Positions 52,527 through 64,000 of a DNA stretch of 64,000 nt are shown here, piece after piece. Source of the DNA: Setoptus koraiensis (taxonomy: Eukaryota; Animalia; Arthropoda); the NCBI GenBank assembly GCA_048013815.1, contig CM106586.1, positions 7,812,001-7,876,000 on the forward strand. The letters run 5' to 3'. Positions within the stretch are counted from its first letter, which is position 1. Every line of letters starts with the position of its first letter. Both the position numbers and the translations under genes were made by a program. Below the pieces are notes generated by a model. That model had not been told where the DNA came from. It ran no database searches and saw only the letters and a program-made list of their open reading frames with translations.

Positions 52527-53476
52527 GATACAGCTCGATCGACATGTCCGCATGTCCAAGTTGCCTTGTTTAATAACTTACAAATTCACCTATAGCTTAA
52601 ATAAAAAATAAATTAAGTAACTTTATCATGCTTCCATATCTTAAATAAGATAGCAATCAAGAGAGTTGGAGAGCATCACTTAAGTAGATCTATGAGGATC
52701 AATTAAAAAATAATATGAGTCATTGCATAACCTTCCGACTGTCACATAAAAATCAATTCTGTTGGGCCGAAAAGAGAGAACAATAGCCGGCATTTGCACT
52801 CAATAGAAATCTTTAATCAGATGGTGTACATCTTATTCAATGAGCACTTTGATTGAAAATGAATGATATCAGTAACCTAAGCTTCTCTAATCGATATCAA
52901 CTTGATCGGCCCTCCCTATTGCGATCGCGACCACTGGATTGGGTCAAATTTCCTATTTTGAACGTTGCCATAGTGGGTCAGAGATAACTATTTGTGTGTG
53001 GAATCTGAAATGAAAGTTCCGTTGTGTGATCTATTCAATATTTATATTTTACTAGCAACTTATGACAGCAAAGCACTAAGTATCATATGGGATATCAAAC
53101 CTTTTAAATGTTGGAAGATACCGGAAATAGAAATGTACTCTAGTTGATTTAGCAGTATTAACGCAGCAGCTGCTCACGTTAATTAGTTCAATCGTATTCC
53201 GAACTAATAGATTAAATAGTACCTCACTCAATCAACTACTTATACCGTGGACCACCTAAAATATATATAAAATACTCAAGAGGTCAGCCGTAAGGATTGG
53301 GATACAAGGATGTTTCAGAAATTGGTTCAATACTAACTTACATCGACATACCTGTCTAACTAGTTCAATCATTAAACAAACATTCAATCGATCGTTAACG
53401 TTTCTCTAGGCAACTTTAAAAGTGAGATAGAGAAGTGGGGAGGAGAAAACACAATATAACTCAATACTGATGAGTT

Positions 53477-53998
53477 TTAGGGAAATAATTGTTGTGGCTT
53501 ATTCTGTTGATGAGGCATCAAAAGAGCTTTTTGTGATTGCTGCTGCTGTCGTTTTTGCTTCTCGTTGGAATCAATGTACCAGACAGTTATGGCAAATCTG
53601 ATTCGTTGTGCTGGTTGAACTTCGTGCGGATTCCTGCGGTCTGACCAAAAAAATAGAACTCTATCAAATAGTGGCGCTATGTTTGCCACTTCGTCGATTC
53701 CCACGGGAAATATTCTTAGTAGGCCACCATCTCGCGAAACATTCCAGTCTTTGTTTAGATAATATATCGATGTTATACAACGCCCGTCTCCGTTAGGATT
53801 ATCTATATGCTTAATGTAATGGGTCCCATTTCCTGGATAACAAGCAATCATAGCTTTTGTTCGTTGATTGATTATGTGCCTATCGAATTCGCCATTATTG
53901 CCCGACATCCTGTTACAATATATTATAACAGAATCGAGAGCTTGAATGAGCAATTCAATCTGTTTGCAACCTTCTTCGGTACCATCCACCCAGATCAT
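53477..53998 (-). CDS. EGLN1: HIF prolyl 4-hydroxylase (EGLN/PHD/Hph) catalytic core; 5' end missing or decayed
   Basis: [49 protein letters not shown] with intact HxD...H and 2OG-binding Arg; in-frame stop 5 codons upstream of the ATG. Confidence 0.8.
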   Translation of the reverse strand: MIWVDGTEEGCKQIELLIQALDSVIIYCNRMSGNNGEFDRHIINQRTKAMIACYPGNGTHYIKHIDNPNGDGRCITSIYYLNKDWNVSRDGGLLRIFPVGIDEVANIAPLFDRVLFFWSDRRNPHEVQPAQRIRFAITVWYIDSNEKQKRQQQQSQKALLMPHQQNKPQQLFP

Positions 53999-54733
53999 AC
54001 TATCTCGGCGTCAGATAGTGAAATCTACTTTCGCCGTTGTGTTGTTCACAACTAATTATATTACTAGTTTCTATCCCCTGATAATTTAACCTCCATTGAT
54101 CAAAGTTAAGAAAGATCTCTTCGCAGTAGGCAGCTCAGCTTATCTCTTCCTGATAGAAGTTTAATTTAATTGCTGAACGAAATTAACGACCATCATGCAG
54201 TAAGTGTCGCTCTGTAGATCTATAGAGTTTAGTAGTCTGCTCATAACTCATTGAGTTTTCCTCGAAAATAAATACTTGAATTCCTTGTATCTTGATCAAT
54301 GAAGATCATCGTGAACATGATTCCGATTGATTTTAAAAGCACAAATTGAGATACTTCCCATCAACACCCCCCACCTGATCGAGTTATCTCATATCTACTA
54401 ACAAATAAAGACTGTAGATGTCATATATTCTCCGAGTTGGCCTCATCTAAGGGCCCCCAAATGAGTTCAATTTTCGCGCGCAACAAGTGAACATAGAAAT
54501 TCTTTGGTAGAATGTTGGCTATGTGCGAAAAAGAAGTCTTTTGTTTGAACGAGTTGCTCGTACCCGATCATCGAGTTTCGAAGTTCGAACAGCAGCATAT
54601 GTGTAACCATGGTGACACATTCTTTCCAAAGAATCTTGCATGATTATTTCTCATCGATGCATCTATGTATCTGAACAACAATTTGGTCGATCCGATTTGA
54701 AGCCTGACTAACCAGGAGCATATACTGTTCGAA

Positions 54734-55730
54734 ATGAATGACATGCACCTAATGAACGCACCCACTGACAAAGAATTCCTAAGAGAAAAATATTTTAGTT
54801 CATTTAAATCATTCGGGATGGAAGAACGATGCAAAGAACAATGTGCAATCAAGAGCACATTCTATAATTTACAATGTAATGATGAACCGGCACCAACCAA
54901 TACACTGGCCTCATGTAATAATCTTGTAAACTATGCAAATGCCTCCGTGTTTAACTTGAAACATGATGAGGAGCAAGAATCATTTGATTATTATAACACA
55001 AACACACAATTCAATTATAACACTAATGCACCTTACAATACATATTACAATGTCAAACAATTGAGAAATGATCCAACTTTTCTAGCACTGAGATCAACAA
55101 ATACTACTTTACAAAGCCAAAATGGACATAAGAAGAGACCATCGCCAATACTAGGTACTCAGCCAACTCCATTAATTAGCGAAAGACCAGAGGATGACGT
55201 TACGCATATGACAATATGTATTCGTTTGGGACGCACAATTGTAAGTGTTTCAAATACCACTCTATGTTGCATCAATTTTAGGATTTTCAGTTAAGTCTCT
55301 ATTCTATAAATCACTAACAAAAAATTTCGCTTGCTCTACTAAAGGATACGGATCCTCCTGTGCCAGAGAGTAGGCCCTATACCATAGTGGGGAATCAAAA
55401 GGTTGGCTTCCCGCAAATCAGGCAGCTTAGAAATCAGTTCATCGGTAAGTATGAAGTATTTACACTGATGACAAAAGTCGCTCATGATGAAACGAAAACT
55501 TTTTCTAATCGACTGATGTCTTCAATCCATGATGCACATTCAATAAAGATCCAGCCTCAGGTATCGTACTACAGGCTGGCGAAAGAGTCAGAGTTATCGG
55601 CCCATCACCCGAACCGCCTCGGGGTCGATTGCGAGTGAGACATCAGCAGCACTATATCGATGTGCCTCACTACGACTTTTTGAAACTCACTGAAGTGGAC
55701 ATATGGAAAAGTATTCAATCTACAAAATGA
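54734..55730 (+). CDS. Uncharacterised protein with a short beta-rich (SH3-like?) C-terminus. Exons ~54716-55240, 55345-55444, 55561-55730; start uncertain
   Basis: Consensus donors GTAAGT at 55241 and 55445 and phase-compatible acceptors at 55344 and 55560 join three open frames ending at TGA 55728-55730. Confidence 0.6.
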
Positions 55731-56019
55731 GTGTACAACTATAATGACACTCTCTCTATGCGTCTCTTTCTCAGAGGAGCACATGTCAAGACGCCAACTT
55801 AAATATTTCTAAAAGGAGTGTCAAGTACTGATCCTGCATTCAACTTTCATGAAATGAATTAATCCGGTGCGCAATTGAAATCGCTTTCAACTCTATTAGC
55901 AGACAGAATTATATATTATATATTTATTTAGAACTTTGACCAATTAACATTTAAGATTATCAAGTAACACTTCCATCTAATGGTGAGATTTGCAGACTAC
56001 CTACAGAAAGATAATGAAG

Positions 56020-57057
56020 CTAGTGGGAGAAACGAATTTTTAACTTTTCATCCAGATCTATTCCATCAAAGACTCTACAGAACTCATCAAAATCGATATA
56101 ACCATCACAATTTAGATCAGCTTCTCCGAAAGCTCTGCGGGATATTTTAGCTATTTGAGCATCGTCGATGAAGTTCCCAACCATCATTTTCAGCATGGAT
56201 TGAAGGTCATTCAAAACAATCCGATTGTCATTATCGACATCATAAATTTTGAACATAAAGTATAGTTTCTGTTTCCTGCTATTTGGTGGTTCATCCATAT
56301 CTATCAGGGGATTATGCTGATTGAGTCCTAAAGTAGGCTGTGATGGTCCCGCAGCGTAATGAACACTATGCTGATTGGTAGTATGATGATGATGTTGATA
56401 GTAGTTCAGGAAGCCGTCATTACTAGAATGTCTTTGATGATGAGGCCGATAAAAGTTACTTTGGATGGCACTCGAAGGATGATCGTCACGGTCGAAACTA
56501 CCCAAGCTCCTGAGCGATAATCCATCTTGACTAAATGATCTCCCTAATAAGGTAGCGATAGAGTTTTCTTGTGAGAATTTTCTTTGGATGGCTAAATGTG
56601 AATTGTTCGGTGCTAGGTTATTATTATATCGGGATTGTAATGTTTGATTGACGCTCTCTCCTCCCTTGATCTTGTTATTTGAATCCTTTACAGCTGCTGG
56701 TGGCACGAAATGATGATTGTGTTCATTTTCTTGTCTCGAAGGGTTTCTGGAGGATTTATTGGATTTGTTATTTGGTCTGAAAACAGCCAGTACCTTCATG
56801 AATTGTCGAAAATTTATCCTATCATGATCTTCGTCACAGTCGGCGAAGAACAGTTGAACGATACGATCACATAGCGGGTTGATGGCTAATTCAGGAACTC
56901 TGAGAAAATCATCCCTGCTTAATGAGCCATTATCTTCTTTATCTAGACTTGTGAACCTGGTGTATAACTTTTCAATTTGAGTAGATGAGAACCCAGTCTC
57001 GTGGCTAATTAGATTTATTTCTTCATCTTGGAGCATAATAGATGATTTGTTTCCCAT
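56020..57057 (-). CDS. CHP1: Calcineurin B homologous protein (CHP) with a 160-aa loop insertion, intronless
   Basis: MG N-myristoylation start, ETGFS..QI..LY.RFTSLDK, PELAINPL, FRP...EP.NSR, MMVG, EF hands and C-terminal KIRF.H. Confidence 0.9.
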   Translation of the reverse strand: MGNKSSIMLQDEEINLISHETGFSSTQIEKLYTRFTSLDKEDNGSLSRDDFLRVPELAINPLCDRIVQLFFADCDEDHDRINFRQFMKVLAVFRPNNKSNKSSRNPSRQENEHNHHFVPPAAVKDSNNKIKGGESVNQTLQSRYNNNLAPNNSHLAIQRKFSQENSIATLLGRSFSQDGLSLRSLGSFDRDDHPSSAIQSNFYRPHHQRHSSNDGFLNYYQHHHHTTNQHSVHYAAGPSQPTLGLNQHNPLIDMDEPPNSRKQKLYFMFKIYDVDNDNRIVLNDLQSMLKMMVGNFIDDAQIAKISRRAFGEADLNCDGYIDFDEFCRVFDGIDLDEKLKIRFSH

Positions 57058-58172
57058 TTTCGTGAGGCTCCCTCTATGCGCACTAATAGAGGTTGACTAT
57101 TGCTTGATATTGATTGCTCAATACTTATTATGCGTAAACATTATTCAATTATATATAAATAAATATATATATATATATAATGCATATATATGTGATATAT
57201 GTGATCTGATAATAGTGATAATGCAATAATGATATAGTGGTGTTACAATTGATTCAGAGAGTTTTTGGTTCCGGCAATTTATTGGTGCTAGGGTTTCGGT
57301 TGAGAATTTTTGAAAAGGAGGTCTCACAAATGGTTGAAATAAATAAATTTTTAGCTGTATTTGAGTCTTCTACTTGTGCAACGAAATGTATTTGATGAGT
57401 AATTTCGATATTTAGGTGAATAAAATGTAAGGAAGTAGATGAGGAGAAATATCATTGGTCTCCAGAAACGATTATTATATAAAATTTACTTGGTTTATGT
57501 CGGTGATTGTGGTGCAAAAATTACAACTATATCAATGACAACAAGATTATCAATAAGGAAGAACCTGATATACACTGATAATACAAGCACAGGTGATTTC
57601 GATGAAGTGGAAGTTGCTTACTTATTAGTACACACTGGAACATGTAGAGTGGAAACCACAACCAGCAGTATTATGTTTACGGCACGACAGTGTTTAGTTT
57701 GCAGTGTGAATTTGTGAACGAATAAAATTAGTCCTATCTCAAAAGCTTATAAATATTGTGAGCCAATATGATTTTGTTAGTTATCTGACATCGTCAAGCG
57801 ATGGAGGGAGGAACATTACTCTCCCCTCATCTCCGTCCCGTATCCCAGATGGGAGAGGATCGCTGTTCAGCACATAAACAAAAGAACGGTTGAATTGAGC
57901 CATGGATCGCTGCTGTGATGCTCGCAAGTACTTTATTGACACCTAGTATTTTCGGCGACAAATAAGTGCGTCCATGGTGAAACTTCACTGAGCCAAATGA
58001 AGAAAAATTAATCCATACCATCCAACTAATAATTGATTGCAGGATCATAGAAGCTAGATTCTAACATGAAACTGAATGAATTTATTACAGATATTCAACT
58101 ATAAATACAATCAGACACTGTTGATAAACAAGCATTTCACACCAAAATAGCTATTCAGCTCATAGGCAAACG

Positions 58173-61333
<3,161 letters not shown>

Positions 61334-61609
61334 AATTGTCGATATGAGTGAGAGCCTCTATAAGTTCGAAGATAATAATTAGTAATAACATTCGATCTTT
61401 TTATTCTATTTAATATAAACTCTTACATAATCACAATTTTGATAATCATAGTATCAGATCCAAAGAACAGAGAATACCTACATGTAGAAGAGTAGTTGTT
61501 GTCTATTGTATCTTGATGGCATTCAGTAAGACAACAAAGACAGGTGATTTTGATCACAGATTACAGGGTGACGCAAAAGTCTCGACGCCATTCGCTTGCA
61601 TTACATTTT

Positions 61610-61622
61610 CACCAGAGGGCGT
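61610..61622 (+). promoter_or_regulatory. CTCF-like site CACCAGAGGGCGT
   Basis: Same 11-nt core as 50555. Confidence 0.35.
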
Positions 61623-62037
61623 GCAGCTTCTGAAGCTATGAGAGTTGTGTAAGAGAGTGATCGCTCGCTCCGTGCTAGTCTGTTTCCCTTCGCATGAAAC
61701 ACGATTAAAAACTTGCTAAAAGTTTTGTAATAAAACTTTCACCATAAAATTTCAAACCAACCAACCACTGACTAACCAAATATTATCCTGAAGCGATATG
61801 GTTGGCATGTTTCTAATTAACTATGCCTTTGCTTGAGAGCAAAAGGTTCCCCATATCAGTGAAAAATATCGGCGTTGGGGGTAGTTCTGTATGGTGAGGA
61901 ATTTTTAAGAACAAGGTATTGTTGTAAAAATGTATTGTTCAGCAAGTTGTGGTCGATGTGATGTGTGTATGTCGCACAGATTCTATACCAAGTGGTACCC
62001 GGTGGGTATAGAGAAAATGCCCCGCTGAAATTTTTCT

Positions 62038-62123
62038 CGTTCAAATTTGGCGCTCACAAAATAATCGAATCGAGAGGGTGCGCAAAATGCTTGTTTAGCG
62101 GAAGCAGCATGAAACGAACGCTG
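62038..62123 (+). promoter_or_regulatory. Shared ~85-bp element, copy 2 (NAK/RpL18a divergent promoter)
   Basis: Colinear with 50588-50669 at roughly 80% identity by eye. Confidence 0.75.
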
Positions 62124-62342
62124 ATCAGAGATTCACGAATTGTCTTCACAGTCTTTCTTTATTTTAGGAGAACGATAAAAGGTCCCAGACCATTCGATTT
62201 AACCAATTATATAACATATTCTAACTAGATTCAATTAACATACAATAAACAATTATTTGGACCTCACTAAGCTTGTAGCGCTCGTTTTCTAGCGTTTTTT
62301 GGTTATTATTATATTCGCTGGAAACTAAATTAAATCAACAAG

Positions 62343-62992
62343 ATGCCTTCAAATGCTGTAAGTAACCTCTGACTAACCATGACGATTTGCACCAGGATTC
62401 AACCAAACACTCTAAGGCGAATACTATTGGCTTGTTGGCAACTCACTTATTTTTCATTATTTTTATTTCACTTTAGTCTCTCAATCAATACAGAATCATC
62501 GGCCGTAAGCTGCCCAGTGAAAAGGAGCCCAGCCCGCCACTCTACCGAATGACTGTCTATGCTCAAGATGAGGTAGTAGCAAAATCTAGATTCTGGTATT
62601 TCATGAGAAAGTTGAAAAAGGTCAAGAAGACTGCCGGGCAGATCGTTCAAGTTCAAGAAATTAACGAGAAGAATCCTAACGGTAAAGTTAAAAACTATGG
62701 AGTGTGGTTGAGATACGACTCGAGGACTGGAACTCACAACATGTACCGTGAATACCGGGAGTTATCTGTGGCCGCTGCTGTCACCCATGCTTACAGGGAC
62801 ATGGGAGCCCGTCACTCTGCTCGCGCATCGTGCATTCAGATCATCCGTGTACTACCGATAGCAGCGAGCAAGTGCCGCAGGCCTCATGTCAAACAATTTC
62901 ACGATAGCAAAATTAAGTTCCCGCTACCACAATCATTCGATAGAAAACTCAAGAGATTTACCACACGTAAACCTAAAGCTCGTCTCATATGA
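62343..62992 (+). CDS. RPL18A: 60S ribosomal protein L18a (eL20). Exons 62343-62357, 62477-62992
   Basis: [66 protein letters not shown]; phase-0 GT-AG intron. Confidence 0.96.
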
Positions 62993-63181
62993 TTGTGTTA
63001 ATCGCGAACACCAAGTTTCAGCTTTGATCACTATTCTACAATGGCAATCATGTCAAGACATTACGATTGTTCGAGGTCGACAAAATAAACTTTGTAAAGA
63101 CAGCTAATGTGACTTGTATAGCAAACAGAATAAATGACTGCAGAGCTGACTCCACATAATGATGCATAATATTTATAGAAT

Positions 63182-64000
63182 TTAATAACTTTCAATTGTC
63201 GGTATCCAAAAGGACATTTTTGAACAAGTAGATGCTAACATCATATACTTGGGGTTAAATTGGACGCAGGTCACGGGGTCAGTTCTTTCTCCCTTTAAAA
63301 CTGATACTTTTCTTCCGTCATTGGCATTCCACACATGAATGCAACCATCATGGGACCCACTAAAAATGTACTGAGAATCCGGCGAGAATGAAGCCTCTAT
63401 GATGTCTTTGGAAACTGAGGGCTGACCAATGCTGAGAGTCTGTTGTGGCTGACCTTGGAAGGCGTCAATTGTATAAATGATGCTTGAATCAGTGGTTATC
63501 ATAATATTCTTACCATCGGGCGAAAATTTAATGCCCGTCCAATTGACTTCTCTTCCGGCTTGAGGTAACTTGAAAGTATTGAAAGGACCTTTATCGAAAG
63601 ACCTCAGATCATATAACTTTACCGACTCGCTGTTAATACCAACTGCAAATATGAGTCCCTCAGGATCGAAATTGGCCACAGGTCTGCCCATGAGATGCAT
63701 CAGGCCTTGACATTGTTGTGATTTGAGATCCCATAATCGTATTGTCTTATCAAGCGAACCAGATAAAAATGTGTCGTCGGCTGGTGACATGCATAAGGTG
63801 ACAACTTTTTTAGTGTGTCCATGGAAGTACCGCAAATACTTGTTGTCATGTAATGAGAGATATCTGATAGTGTCATCGACTTTGTTTGAGGTATGTATGG
63901 CAGTATTGGAGGCATGAGTATGATGAATAAGGTCTACCCCATACTTCTTAGATTGTAATGTTCTTTTGGTGGTTCCCTTCTCGCAATCATAAATAACAAT
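63182..64000 (-). CDS. WDR82: WD repeat protein 82 (Swd2), 5' end outside window
   Basis: [68 protein letters not shown]; frame open to 64000. Confidence 0.95.
   Translation of the reverse strand: MVIYDCEKGTTKRTLQSKKYGVDLIHHTHASNTAIHTSNKVDDTIRYLSLHDNKYLRYFHGHTKKVVTLCMSPADDTFLSGSLDKTIRLWDLKSQQCQGLMHLMGRPVANFDPEGLIFAVGINSESVKLYDLRSFDKGPFNTFKLPQAGREVNWTGIKFSPDGKNIMITTDSSIIYTIDAFQGQPQQTLSIGQPSVSKDIIEASFSPDSQYIFSGSHDGCIHVWNANDGRKVSVLKGERTDPVTCVQFNPKYMMLASTCSKMSFWIPTIESY

Noticed and set aside
52782-52795. 14-nt match AATAGCCGGCATTT also at 50570
   Set aside because: No flanking similarity; several 14-mer matches are expected by chance in 64 kb.

Overview
Eukaryotic (arthropod) genomic DNA. The compact, intron-poor genes and microsatellite-rich intergenic DNA suggest a streamlined mite-like genome (inference only). 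The left part (1-12 kb) holds the 3' end of a CD36/scavenger receptor B gene, a decayed inverted copy of the neighbouring PKC gene, a novel-class PKC (epsilon/eta type) lacking a visible C2 domain, an intronless innexin and a 58-aa BRAWNIN/UQCC6-like microprotein. About 12-41.5 kb has no recognisable gene. It is GC-richer and full of microsatellites and short tandem arrays (many with 14-bp units), strongly enriched in RTTACGTAAY (PAR-bZIP-type) and GGGCCC words, and ends at an intronless calmodulin CDS; it is probably the Cam regulatory domain or a giant 5'UTR intron. The right part (42-64 kb) is gene dense: ankyrin-repeat gene, CEBPZ/Noc1, eIF2gamma, a 5'-decayed HIF prolyl hydroxylase, an uncharacterised 3-exon gene, CHP with a 160-aa loop, an AAK1/NAK kinase with a ~100-aa activation-segment insert, RpL18a and WDR82. 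Best leads: an ~85-bp element shared by two divergent promoters (CEBPZ/eIF2gamma and NAK/RpL18a) that has E2F/CHR-like motifs and a covarying hairpin, the PAR-bZIP site cluster upstream of Cam, and the inverted PKC pseudogene that appears to supply the CD36 poly(A) signal. All homology calls are from remembered family motifs; no database search was run.
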